This document shows, in pieces, positions 1 through 10,189 of a stretch of 64,000 nt of DNA (positions are counted from its first letter, which is position 1; every line of letters begins with the position of its first letter). Origin of the DNA: Barthelona sp. PCE (taxonomy: Eukaryota). The DNA is taken from the NCBI GenBank assembly GCA_040285745.1, contig JAUFOR010000001.1, positions 744,001 to 808,000 on the forward strand, read 5' to 3'. The translations under genes and the position numbers were made by a program. The notes under the pieces are model-generated. The model saw nothing but the letters and a program-made list of their open reading frames with translations, ran no database searches and was not told the DNA's origin.

Positions 1-2509
1 AACCAGCATCAGCGATAGAGCAGTTAGGGGCACCCCATGATGAAGAGTATGTACCAGGATCACACATATGACACACACGTTCAAGGTCGTAAAACTCACC
101 TTGATTACAACTGTAAGAACAATACGTTAAACCGGACTTGCCGAACGTTCTTGTCTTATCACAGTTGTGAGGTAATGTCATGTTATCTGAAGGACAGTAT
201 TTCCATATAGGACATTCTTCAATGGTACCAGTGGTAACGTTGAAATATTCACCAGGTTTAGCTGTTCTGCACTTATGCATTTCAGCATCGTAGTTCTCAA
301 AAGGTCCACAAACATCGCATTGCAATGATCCTGGAGCTGAAATACCAACTTCACAAGGAAGACAGGTTCCGTTGGTGTGGGGGTATTGGTTTTCGGCACA
401 GTAGGGGCCATAACCGTAAGAAATATTAGCGTAAGTCTGACTATACATTGTGAAATTCAAGATAGTAAAGTCAACATTCCAAACACCACTGGAGCGAACA
501 AAAAAGTCATCAACATCCATATCTACAATAACTCTACGAATGGTAAAGTCGTTGTAGTTGGGTTCAATGTGAAGAACGGCACCGTACATCTTAAGGAGAC
601 AGAAATCGTTCTTAATACACGCAATCTTTGGATTCTGCTTCTCAACTGTCTTGCGGAAGTTGATATCCTTAACAGTGAAATCAGACATTGTGTTATATGG
701 ATCATCTCTAAAGTAACTCACCCAGACCTTGGAGTGTCCAGGACAGGTAATGAAGAGACGAACGTCAGTGTTGTCATCCATGTACTGAGTGTCCATGGAA
801 CAGCCATCAACTGGGAGAGTGAAGAGATCTTCTTGATAAGTTGCGTTTAAAAGTTTGCGCATGATAACTTCCTTACCTTTGATTACAACGAAACGGTGAG
901 CCGCATCGATTTCAGCAGCACCAGTAATAGTGCTGATGTCACCAAGATGGTGGTAGTAACTGTAATATGTAAGATCAGTGACGTGGCTAACATAAGCTTT
1001 TAGATCGTCCAAGTACCAAACTTTTCTACCAGCACCCTTATAACAATAAGACATAGTTTCAGTGAGAATAGCTCCATTGTTGAGAGCAGGACGGTAGCGT
1101 TGAGATACGTTCAATCCACCAAAAACAGAGACAATAGCAATACCTTCGAGTTGGGTAATACGGTATTCAGTAATTGGAACATGTGGGACGTTAAAAATTG
1201 ATGAAAGAGTTTCGTCCATAGTTCTAATCTGAGGAGGACTACGGACACCGGAGAATGGAGTTGGATTATCGCGGATAATACCAACTACTTTACCAGCAAT
1301 ATCGTATTCGTAAGCCTCCATCTTGTACTGGGTATATGAGTTGTAGCTCTTTGACAACAATGATGTCTTGTCAGAGGGAATGCTTGAAACGATACCAGAA
1401 CCACATGCACCAGAAATGAGTTTATAACATTCATTTTCAATTTTGAAATGCTTTTGTTCCCAGTTAAGACCATCGGAAACAGCGAGGATATCGATTTGAG
1501 ATTCACCTTCGCCGCTAGTGGCATCCTTGTCAAAATAATAAATACCTTCAACGAGATCTAAACCGACAACGGAATAGTTACCGGTAAACACAGTAAGTGT
1601 TTGTTTAGTAATGGGACTATTACTTAAGATTTCAATACTCTTAAGCATGATCTCATTATTGTTTTCAACTAAGAAGAAAACAGCACTTCTATCAACAATC
1701 TTCCAAGCCTTGACACCTTGTTGAACAAGATAAGTGGCTGTCATACCAGCAGAGTTGGTGACAACCTTCTGTACGCGATCAAGATTATCAAGAATATAGA
1801 TGAGTGTTCTGTTTCCGTCAACGCTCTCAAAATGGAAAGTTTCACGAACAAAATACTCAGCAACCCACGTATGCGTTGCCAAAGAAGATAAATGTAGTGA
1901 AACTCGATGTGTTCCATTGTAGACTGCAACCATACCAAAGGGTGAAACAATAAGTTTATCAGTAGAGTTAGGAGTAATGCCAGGCATGGAAACCTCCTTT
2001 TCGAGAGAAAAGACTTCATATCCCATATCATAAACACGAATCTTAGCTTCTCCCAAAAACTCACCAAGTACATAAAGCTTGTCGTCCAGTAAGACGGTGT
2101 CAACAATAGTAAAGTTGTTTAATTGGGTGTAAGTCATACCATTTAACTCAAGGAAACCGTTTTTGTTTCCAGCAAGCACTGCGTAGGGGATCTGCTGCCC
2201 TTTGTAGAGCTTAGACCTGCATGATACACAGGCATACGTAGTGGGGTTACCATAAGTATACTTCATTACACTTGGTCTGCTGGTTTCCCAGTCAGAAAGA
2301 AATGCTGCTTGAATATTGGGTAAGTATGTGAACTTCATACCAAATAAAGGTGAGGTTTGGTTGGAATAAACCTGTAAAGATGTCTGTACCCAGTCATATT
2401 GTGATGACTCAGGGCCCAAATTGATTTCAGTGAGCTTTGCAGCAAACACTGAGTTTAAACAAGTAAATAACAAAATAAGGCTGAAAATTTCCTTAAATCT
2501 GAATTGCAT
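1..2509 (-). CDS. Large secreted/surface Cys-rich protein (GCC2_GCC3/ephrin-receptor-like repeats), 3'-partial; paralog of 27666-34904
   Basis: ATG at 2509 gives MQFRFKEIFSLILLFTCLNSVFA (signal peptide). The same frame is open where I spot-checked it and reads YDLERVCHMCDPGTYSSSWGAPNCSIADAG at the window edge, aligning with YDEERVCTPCPKGNYSTTYSASVCQPAPEG in the 2412-aa ORF. Absent from the ORF track because no stop lies in the window. Confidence 0.85.
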   Translation of the reverse strand, partial: MQFRFKEIFSLILLFTCLNSVFAAKLTEINLGPESSQYDWVQTSLQVYSNQTSPLFGMKFTYLPNIQAAFLSDWETSRPSVMKYTYGNPTTYACVSCRSKLYKGQQIPYAVLAGNKNGFLELNGMTYTQLNNFTIVDTVLLDDKLYVLGEFLGEAKIRVYDMGYEVFSLEKEVSMPGITPNSTDKLIVSPFGMVAVYNGTHRVSLHLSSLATHTWVAEYFVRETFHFESVDGNRTLIYILDNLDRVQKVVTNSAGMTATYLVQQGVKAWKIVDRSAVFFLVENNNEIMLKSIEILSNSPITKQTLTVFTGNYSVVGLDLVEGIYYFDKDATSGEGESQIDILAVSDGLNWEQKHFKIENECYKLISGACGSGIVSSIPSDKTSLLSKSYNSYTQYKMEAYEYDIAGKVVGIIRDNPTPFSGVRSPPQIRTMDETLSSIFNVPHVPITEYRITQLEGIAIVSVFGGLNVSQRYRPALNNGAILTETMSYCYKGAGRKVWYLDDLKAYVSHVTDLTYYSYYHHLGDISTITGAAEIDAAHRFVVIKGKEVIMRKLLNATYQEDLFTLPVDGCSMDTQYMDDNTDVRLFITCPGHSKVWVSYFRDDPYNTMSDFTVKDINFRKTVEKQNPKIACIKNDFCLLKMYGAVLHIEPNYNDFTIRRVIVDMDVDDFFVRSSGVWNVDFTILNFTMYSQTYANISYGYGPYCAENQYPHTNGTCLPCEVGISAPGSLQCDVCGPFENYDAEMHKCRTAKPGEYFNVTTGTIEECPIWKYCPSDNMTLPHNCDKTRTFGKSGLTYCSYSCNQGEFYDLERVCHMCDPGTYSSSWGAPNCSIADAG

Positions 2510-2779
2510 TTGAAAAGTTGAGAAAATAAATCCAAAAAGAAGTGGGGAAATTGGAAAGCAACATATATTGGGTGTTTGAATTTTTTACGGTATATGCGGT
2601 TTGTGCCTCAGCTTTTTTGAGCAATGTAGAACAGCTGCATTACATAAGAAGTGAAAAAAAGGAGAAAATCTACTTTTTCAGCTATATTTAGCAGTTTTTA
2701 TATTGATGTTTTGAGTGTTTTTACTTTTGATGTATCAAGCTTACATATCAAAACAGACGAAAGACATAGTTTTACAAGA

Positions 2780-5700
2780 TTATTGATGGATATCACATCC
2801 CTTTAATGCAATGTCGATTATTCGATCCAAATTCAAAGGTTTACCCTCATCGAATGACTCAAGACGATTTAAGAGAGCTTCTCCATCAACAAACTGAGGA
2901 GGATTCATAGCCATACCACGAATGGTTTCTAAAAGGGTGTTTTGATGCTCTTGCAGTCCGAAAAACTTGAGGCTCTCAAGCAAATCGAGTAAAGACAAGA
3001 GTAGATCTTGTTGAGGCAGTTCTTGAATACACAAAAGAACTTGTTCCATATTATCAGTAAAGAGATCGATTCTATTGTGATGCAATAAACAAATCATAAC
3101 CAATAAGATATCCATTACTGTCTCCCTCCTTACTTCCGTGGTGTTGAATTTTCCGCTGACCAGAAGCGATGAATTTCGAGTTGGAATACCATTGTGTAGA
3201 ATCTCAGTTACGAGAAGTTTGAAAATTTCCAACAGATTGACATCGATACCATTCTCAAATACCATAATGAAGAGAAGACGAGCTACCCAAAGATCACGGA
3301 GTCCATCCCTTGAACCAGGGAATAAAGAATTGACGAATTTCTTCAGTTGATATGAAGAAGCGCTATTCATCTGTGCTCTGGAAGATCTACGTTGTTTAGG
3401 GGTAGAACGATCACTGAAACTAGCACGAATGTCATCGGTGAGGTTGGTTGCTTTTGTCACAACATGGTTGATGAAAGGACCAGCCTGACCACGTGCATGC
3501 CACAGTGATTTGTTGTGCCAGTCAAGAGCAACTGCGTTCTTACACAGGAACTCTACCAATTGGAATAGTTGCTTGTTTTCTGGGGTGAACCAATCGTGTT
3601 GAAGGCATACTCCGAAACCTGGAAGGTTCATAAGACCAAAGATGGAGAAGCTATGACGGACGATATCGAGCTTTGTGATTGCTGCAGATACAGCAGAAAG
3701 CTTCTTCTTGTGATGTTTGGCACTAGCTGCAATGACACGTTGCAACGCAGCATAAGAGAATGGGAAGTTGGGCATAACATCCTTGAGAGCAGTTTGACAG
3801 TGTTTAAAGAAGTCAGTTGATGTCCACATGGCGGGGTAAACCATACTTAGTGAACAACACACTGCAAGCCATCTAGATACAAGGTTTGCATCTGAAAGTC
3901 TATTTGATTTAACGAGTTGAGTGCTGTATTTGAGCAGATATGAGAATCCTGCCAGGTCATCATTTGTTAAAACTATAGGCGGCATGTAATCGAGCAGAAC
4001 AACGAACAATACGTAGTTCTTAGCGAAGAACAAGTGTGATGAATGAACATTTGATTGATTACGGTCGTCGCGTATTGTACGGAACTCAACACGGTATTTC
4101 TGAGAAAACTTGAAGAAAAACTCACGCCGATTGGTCTCTCCAAATATCTCATTCAGCAAAATAAGTAGCTCTAATGTTTTCTTCTGAAGGAAGGTGATTG
4201 TCTCATGATTGTGTTTGTTTATCGTCACTTCATTAGTTAGACCGTTGTAGAAATTAGTGATGATGCTATCAAAGTCGCTCTTGAAGAAGCACATAATAAA
4301 GTCTTGCAGAACAGCCGGTGGTATGCGTCTGAACATGTTAAGGATTGTATCCTTTAAGCGCAATTTGAGCAGCGCCTCACGGTACCCAAAGTTTCCTGGA
4401 TCCTGCTGATGTTTGGTGCTCTTTAACATAATTTGATCATCAATAGCCGAAAAAGAAAATTGATCGTCATTAACCTCAACAACGAAGTCTTTAATCTTGA
4501 TATTGGTAACATCATCCTCCTCAGTGAATATATATCTCAGATCAGTGACAAGGAATAAGAACAGTTCAATGACGGTACAAACCAAATCATCCAATGTGAG
4601 GATCTGAGTATGTGTAGAGGCTGTATCTTCCATTTCATCGAAAATGTCCATCCATTCGGAGGCACAAAGCTCAACAATACGTGTGATACAAGCAATGACA
4701 GATGTGAATATCTGTTCAGGAATGAGTCTATGCTTAACAATTGCAAAAAATTTATCCAATAATCCAGCAAAAAATCGTCCATCAAGGTCGGCAATCTCAG
4801 TTATTTCGTTAAAGAAAGATGTGTACATGTTGAAAATGATCGAATTGGTCCATATTATCTTTGAATTTAAGTTATCATACAGCAAATCCAAAATATGAGG
4901 GATAATAACACGAACACCTTCATTATTCATTAACCTAATTAAACTTGAAAAACCACATGTAATGGCGAGTTCAACCAGGGGTTCAGGGTGCTGTGTAACA
5001 TCAAAAAGCGAAACAAGAGACTCCAACTGATCAGGTGTAGGGGCGTTAAGAGGTAGTTGTAATACTGCCAAACCTGTAGCAAGGGAATATGCTGTGAAAA
5101 ATAGCTGCGTAATTCCTTCATCATCATCAGTTGTTTTGAAGCACTCAATTATGTCAAGCAACTCTTCTAACGAGAGGAAGCGGCAGTATGAAAAGCGAGG
5201 AATCACACAAATGTAACTAACAAGCTGCAACAGCTTCAATTTCTGCTTCAATTCAATCTTAAACATATCATCAAGTCTGAATGCGAAGAAAAGGCGAGAT
5301 ATTATAAGGAGTTGATTCATAGTATCAGATGAAAAAGTTTCCAGTAATTCATCAACAACATCAACGACTACGGGATCTTTTGAAGACTTACCACGAATAA
5401 ATGCTGAAAGGAGAGCAACAGTGCATATACTCAATGAGTATTCAGTCACAGTAAAGCTAAAGTTATCCTTGGTTATGACTCCATTAATTGAATCAAGTTT
5501 TAGAAGTAAGTCCCTTGTGACATTGTTAAAGGTAGTAGATGTTAAAAGTGTGTAAATTTTGTGGTACGCATCAGGACAATCATCTCCATTGTCAAGAAGA
5601 TCAAAGACCAGCTTGATTGTATATCTTGAATCCATACGAACAAGCGTAACGAAAAAATCTATCAATTTTCGATGGTTCAAACGTTCGTTGGGCATCGACT

Positions 5701-7663
5701 GTGTGATATCAGTGGGAAGCAACATCCATAGCTCAGGAAGATAAAAACGTTGCATTCCCAACAATATTTCTATATCATTAGGTGATAAAGTTGGAAATCC
5801 AATATCTTGTGATAAAAGTCCGATTAAAAACGTTGAAATAACGTGTGCACCGGTCTCCATATAAATCTCATGAAGAGTGAGGAAATAAGGGTACCACTGT
5901 CGAACTGTTATGCTGCTAAATCCTGAAAAATCAGAAAAAACCTTTGTGTACATACACAAAAACTCTAAGAACACAGGTTCATCATACGTATACGTCTTGA
6001 CAACATCTCCGTATATCTTTGGGAGAAAACGCATCAGACTTTCGTATGCACTTTTCTTAGTGTTAGCACTGGTTGTGGCATTCTGCATCATTAGCAGTGC
6101 GTTGATAAGAAGATTGTATAAAGAGAGTGGGGTGTACTGAGACGCAAAGGTGTGTACAAATGAGTAATCAATTGACACACCCAAATATGCAAAAACTGAA
6201 AAAATTCTGAAGTTATCGTACATTGTGTTTGCACCGGCCAAAACTGTGTTCAAGATTGGAATTCGGTCGTCTTCTACGCTGCCAGCGCTGTGATATTCGT
6301 TGATTACTGCAGAAAATTCAGAAATATCTAATGATAATTTATCACGATGGAAACAAGTAGAAAAGCAATTTGTTCCATTGATGAAACTTAGAAAATCACT
6401 AAAGTGAAGTTTAAAGTTGTCGCTAAAATTAAAATTAGTATCAATTAACATCAATTCCCCATTAAAATATAGTTGCAAAACATCTACAACATTATCATTA
6501 TCAATGTTAAAAGTAAAAAGATACTTGGTGAACGCCTTCGCCCAGTAGTAAAGGGAACCTGTGAAATTCCCGATTAAACCATCAAAGTAAACGGCAAAGA
6601 AATTCTGTAAAAACTTTATGAAGAAATATACATGTTCAAAATTTGCTATATCACTCTCATATAGAACATGTCTTTTGCTGAGTGATGATACTGGAAGGAT
6701 AGTAAATAATACAATTTCACGATAATCATTTTTGAACATTTCATCAATAAATGGAGTGAAGAGACTGAGTAATTCTTTTTCTAAAAATTCTAAATTAAAG
6801 AAATATGTGTTAATAAACTTAATAAAAGAATGGAACATATACGAGAACTTCTTTTTCATCTTTAACTGAAGATCTTTTGGATTCTTACTCAATGCTACTT
6901 TAAAAACTTCAAAAATAACATTTAAACACTTTAAAGCATATTTAATGAGTTCAATATCACTATCCATATCAAAAAGTTCAAGAGATTTTGTGATTATCAA
7001 CTTAAAGTGTGCTAATTGATCATAATCATTAAGATTCTCTAAAATAACATAATCTTTCAGAAGCGGTAAAGCTAACACATTAATTGAAACACAAGAGCTG
7101 CTAGTAACAACAGGAAGCACATGTTCTAAGACGAAAGTTGTTCTATTAAATACATCAGCTAAATCATAAAAAGAATGAAAAATGAATTCAACAATGCTTT
7201 TAGCAACAAAAGTTCCATTGGAATCATGAACATCATACATAAACACCAGGGAATGCATTAAAATGGATGAAATACTGCCAAATACTCGCATAAAAAGACT
7301 AGCGTATTCTTTAATGTATCCAATTATAATGTGACTTTTATCGTCCATTGTGATTGCAAGAGAGTGTAATGTGTAGCATACCGTGTCAAGGAAGGCAGTC
7401 GTGAGTGGGATATCATCGAATTTTTCGAGATTGCTGAGAATAATTGGAATAATTGAAAGAAATTCTGATTCAACATTTGGTTGAGTAATAGCAGCTTGGA
7501 TTGCTTTTAAAAATGGCTCAGTGAACTTTTGTGTATTAACTATCTCCTTATTGGCAAAGAATTCCACAAAATCATTTGCATATTGAATTAGTTCAATGTT
7601 TGAAGGTGTTTCTAGCCCTAAAAAGCGATTGAGTATGTTTTCAATTGGAGTGGGTTCTGTCAT
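2780..7663 (-). CDS. Large hypothetical protein (~1627 aa), probable alpha-solenoid (HEAT/ARM-like)
   Basis: 4.9-kb ORF rich in L/I/F with helical patterning. First ATG at 7663 (ORF track starts at TTG 7705). TGTAAA follows the stop. Confidence 0.75.
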   Translation of the reverse strand: MTEPTPIENILNRFLGLETPSNIELIQYANDFVEFFANKEIVNTQKFTEPFLKAIQAAITQPNVESEFLSIIPIILSNLEKFDDIPLTTAFLDTVCYTLHSLAITMDDKSHIIIGYIKEYASLFMRVFGSISSILMHSLVFMYDVHDSNGTFVAKSIVEFIFHSFYDLADVFNRTTFVLEHVLPVVTSSSCVSINVLALPLLKDYVILENLNDYDQLAHFKLIITKSLELFDMDSDIELIKYALKCLNVIFEVFKVALSKNPKDLQLKMKKKFSYMFHSFIKFINTYFFNLEFLEKELLSLFTPFIDEMFKNDYREIVLFTILPVSSLSKRHVLYESDIANFEHVYFFIKFLQNFFAVYFDGLIGNFTGSLYYWAKAFTKYLFTFNIDNDNVVDVLQLYFNGELMLIDTNFNFSDNFKLHFSDFLSFINGTNCFSTCFHRDKLSLDISEFSAVINEYHSAGSVEDDRIPILNTVLAGANTMYDNFRIFSVFAYLGVSIDYSFVHTFASQYTPLSLYNLLINALLMMQNATTSANTKKSAYESLMRFLPKIYGDVVKTYTYDEPVFLEFLCMYTKVFSDFSGFSSITVRQWYPYFLTLHEIYMETGAHVISTFLIGLLSQDIGFPTLSPNDIEILLGMQRFYLPELWMLLPTDITQSMPNERLNHRKLIDFFVTLVRMDSRYTIKLVFDLLDNGDDCPDAYHKIYTLLTSTTFNNVTRDLLLKLDSINGVITKDNFSFTVTEYSLSICTVALLSAFIRGKSSKDPVVVDVVDELLETFSSDTMNQLLIISRLFFAFRLDDMFKIELKQKLKLLQLVSYICVIPRFSYCRFLSLEELLDIIECFKTTDDDEGITQLFFTAYSLATGLAVLQLPLNAPTPDQLESLVSLFDVTQHPEPLVELAITCGFSSLIRLMNNEGVRVIIPHILDLLYDNLNSKIIWTNSIIFNMYTSFFNEITEIADLDGRFFAGLLDKFFAIVKHRLIPEQIFTSVIACITRIVELCASEWMDIFDEMEDTASTHTQILTLDDLVCTVIELFLFLVTDLRYIFTEEDDVTNIKIKDFVVEVNDDQFSFSAIDDQIMLKSTKHQQDPGNFGYREALLKLRLKDTILNMFRRIPPAVLQDFIMCFFKSDFDSIITNFYNGLTNEVTINKHNHETITFLQKKTLELLILLNEIFGETNRREFFFKFSQKYRVEFRTIRDDRNQSNVHSSHLFFAKNYVLFVVLLDYMPPIVLTNDDLAGFSYLLKYSTQLVKSNRLSDANLVSRWLAVCCSLSMVYPAMWTSTDFFKHCQTALKDVMPNFPFSYAALQRVIAASAKHHKKKLSAVSAAITKLDIVRHSFSIFGLMNLPGFGVCLQHDWFTPENKQLFQLVEFLCKNAVALDWHNKSLWHARGQAGPFINHVVTKATNLTDDIRASFSDRSTPKQRRSSRAQMNSASSYQLKKFVNSLFPGSRDGLRDLWVARLLFIMVFENGIDVNLLEIFKLLVTEILHNGIPTRNSSLLVSGKFNTTEVRRETVMDILLVMICLLHHNRIDLFTDNMEQVLLCIQELPQQDLLLSLLDLLESLKFFGLQEHQNTLLETIRGMAMNPPQFVDGEALLNRLESFDEGKPLNLDRIIDIALKGCDIHQ

Positions 7664-7851
7664 ATGTGTTTGCGCACGAGAAATGGAGTAGAAATGAAGA
7701 AACAATATTTCTTCTCAACTTTCTTGGTTGTTCGTGGTCTGAAGACCCCGAGACGGACGAACTATTGGTTCCAAATTATGGGTTTCTAATTCAACCGATA
7801 TTTTGCAATGTTGATTGTTCTTAACCTTTTTCAAATTTTGGGCGTTTTATA

Positions 7852-8127
7852 ATGGAAGGAAGAAACCTCATTGCTGTCATTGGGGACGAAAGCACCGTGA
7901 CGGGATGCCTATTAGCAGGAGTTGGCGAGAAATTTGAGCATTCCAATGAGACGAATTATTTAATCGTTACTAATGATACAAAGACGCAGGAAATTGAGAA
8001 TACTTTTCGTTCATTTACAAGAAATCCAGTTATTGCAGTTGTTATGATCACAAAAGATGTAGCTCAACGGATTCAAATGCTCATCGATAATTACGAGGGT
8101 GTGGAACCTGTTGTGACAGTGTTGTAG
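7852..8127 (+). CDS. ATP6V1F: V-type ATPase subunit F (C-terminally short, 91 aa)
   Basis: LIAVIGDESTVTGCLLAGVG ... EIENTFRSF matches the Vma7/ATP6V1F signature. Confidence 0.93.
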   Translation: MEGRNLIAVIGDESTVTGCLLAGVGEKFEHSNETNYLIVTNDTKTQEIENTFRSFTRNPVIAVVMITKDVAQRIQMLIDNYEGVEPVVTVL

Positions 8128-8146
8128 TTTGTACTTATTACCACAA

Positions 8147-8635
8147 TCAAGTATGGTTCATTGTTAATGGTAATTCCGGGCAGTTGCTTTGATAACTTAA
8201 AAGATATTGGCTTAGCTCTGTAAACCCTAGCTTCTCGTACTCCGACTTTGCTTCGTGTCTCATTTTAATCTCCTTTAGAATGGAATCTTGATTAGAGAAT
8301 TGAAATGAACTTGTGTACATTCTTTCCTCTTTTTTAGACATGCAATCTTCAATAAAACTCGTATCTATTACATTTAAATCAGGAGAATTGATGAAGTTTA
8401 AAGAAAGTTTCTTTAGCCCATACCCAGGGTGAGCGCATGTATTTATAGGTGGTTCCGCAGCGGCTAATTCAAGACAATGGCGGTATTGGAGGTCGTGGAC
8501 TCCCTGCGAAGGATCATATACTGAGTCTAATGCGTTTTCTGTAAAATTGCTCAAAGCACGCTCTGCTTTGACATAATATTGAGGCTGTTCGAAATCACAA
8601 CAGCAAAAGGGTTCGCTTTTTGATGTATATGTCAT
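8147..8635 (-). CDS. Hypothetical protein, 162 aa
   Basis: ATG-initiated ORF filling the gap between two genes; no recognised motif. Confidence 0.6.
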   Translation of the reverse strand: MTYTSKSEPFCCCDFEQPQYYVKAERALSNFTENALDSVYDPSQGVHDLQYRHCLELAAAEPPINTCAHPGYGLKKLSLNFINSPDLNVIDTSFIEDCMSKKEERMYTSSFQFSNQDSILKEIKMRHEAKSEYEKLGFTELSQYLLSYQSNCPELPLTMNHT

Positions 8636-8704
8636 CTATAAAACGATGAAAGAAAGTGTTTTGTGTAATTCACTTCCTTTCTCTTTGTGGGAGTTTTTTT
8701 TTGA

Positions 8705-9997
8705 ATGACAGTGGTAGAACAGGGTTTTACCGTTCCCCTTTGCAATGTACAATCAGCGGAGCTCAGTTTACTGCGTTCAGTTTTTGATGAAGTTAGCGTT
8801 TTACTCTCGGGTTATAGGAATGATGGGTCTAAATCCAACAAACCACCCCATGCAGTTGTTGTTGAGCCGATAAAGAAGGTTCAAAAGAAGAAAAAGAAAC
8901 TTCCTATTCATGTACCTTCACCAGTTGTTTTAAACGTTTCTGAGAAACAGAAGGTTATTATTTCCAAGCCGAAGGTTAAAAATGTTGTTAATACTCCCAA
9001 AAAAAGTGCAAAGGTTAACATAACTGCAAAAATCATCCCTGAGCCAAAAAAGACTATTCAAAGTTCCGTAAAGACTGCTAAGAGTTCCTTAAATACCAAA
9101 AAACTCAATAAGATACCTATTACTAAGCCCAAGAAGGTCATAACGAATGTACCCCAACCTGTTTCTATAGGATTGACGGACATTATTGATGAACCAGGCG
9201 CAGTGGTTAAATCTAAAGAGGAACCGGTTGTGTTGGATAAGCCAATGAAGAAACCACCAATTATATTAGCAAAACCGAAACAGACACCTTTGAAGGAAAA
9301 AAAGGCTACAGCCAAACCTGCAGTATTGCCAGCGATTGGGATACCAGCCACAGTAGAATCATCTGTCAAATCCTCTATGAAAGATGAAGAACATGTTGTC
9401 ATGGAACCTATTCCAATTGACAATCCAAAGACTAATCCAGTCGGAAGTCAAGAAAAGAAAAGTGTAAGAATGCCAAAGAAAGCAAGCTTGGACCTTACAG
9501 GATTAGATTTAAAGGACTTTGGTATTGATGTTAAGCGTGTTGTTGAGAAGAAACGAGCGAAAACAAATCAACCGAAGAAGATTCAGGTTTCACAAAATTC
9601 AAAAGCAGCATTATCTCGAATTTTAATGTCAGAAAGTGACTCATATGAAGGTCATACATTCGTGTATGAATACTCAGCACAGACTATTCCCGATTACTCG
9701 GGGATAAAGATCAGACACAAGGAGCGTGATTCAGTAAGAAGCATATTTCCAAGAACTAGAAAGTATAAATTAACAGATGAATGTGTGAAGAGCTGGAAAA
9801 ATTTCCACACTAATTCAAGATTTAAAAAGGTACCAAAGGCTGGGTTACAGTTGAGAAAAAATTTCGCATATGGTGCATTTGTACTTAATAATGATTTAGA
9901 TAGGATGTTCAGTGAGCTAGAAATTCCATGGACCATAAGACCAGATGTTATTGAAGAAGAGTGTATGCAACATTTGGAGCATTTTGAAATGGTATAA
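8705..9997 (+). CDS. Hypothetical Lys/Pro-rich protein, 430 aa
   Basis: Long ORF with low-complexity K/P/V middle; AGTAAAT at 10002 just after the stop. Confidence 0.75.
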   Translation: MTVVEQGFTVPLCNVQSAELSLLRSVFDEVSVLLSGYRNDGSKSNKPPHAVVVEPIKKVQKKKKKLPIHVPSPVVLNVSEKQKVIISKPKVKNVVNTPKKSAKVNITAKIIPEPKKTIQSSVKTAKSSLNTKKLNKIPITKPKKVITNVPQPVSIGLTDIIDEPGAVVKSKEEPVVLDKPMKKPPIILAKPKQTPLKEKKATAKPAVLPAIGIPATVESSVKSSMKDEEHVVMEPIPIDNPKTNPVGSQEKKSVRMPKKASLDLTGLDLKDFGIDVKRVVEKKRAKTNQPKKIQVSQNSKAALSRILMSESDSYEGHTFVYEYSAQTIPDYSGIKIRHKERDSVRSIFPRTRKYKLTDECVKSWKNFHTNSRFKKVPKAGLQLRKNFAYGAFVLNNDLDRMFSELEIPWTIRPDVIEEECMQHLEHFEMV

Positions 9998-10001
9998 TTA
10001 T

Positions 10002-10007
10002 AGTAAA
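10002..10007 (+). terminator. Representative WGTAAA putative polyadenylation signal
   Basis: AGTAAA or TGTAAA lies at or shortly after the stop codon of about 16 genes (listed in findings). Confidence 0.7.
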
Positions 10008-10189
10008 TATTGGGTTTTGTAACGGCCCTACAATGTATTGAAGGATTATGTGAGCTGTTGGAAATAAATAATTAGATTGAGCTGGATCGCCATAACTTTG
10101 AGAGTCGAATTTCTTTTTTCCACCCTTTTCTACGTTTTACAACCAAGAGGCATCAAGTACTTCATTTTGAGCCATATGTTATATATAGA

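Noticed and set aside
7737-7762. Hammerhead ribozyme (CTGAAGA...GAAC)
   Set aside because: No GAAA core, and no consistent stems I-III or cleavage triplet could be drawn.
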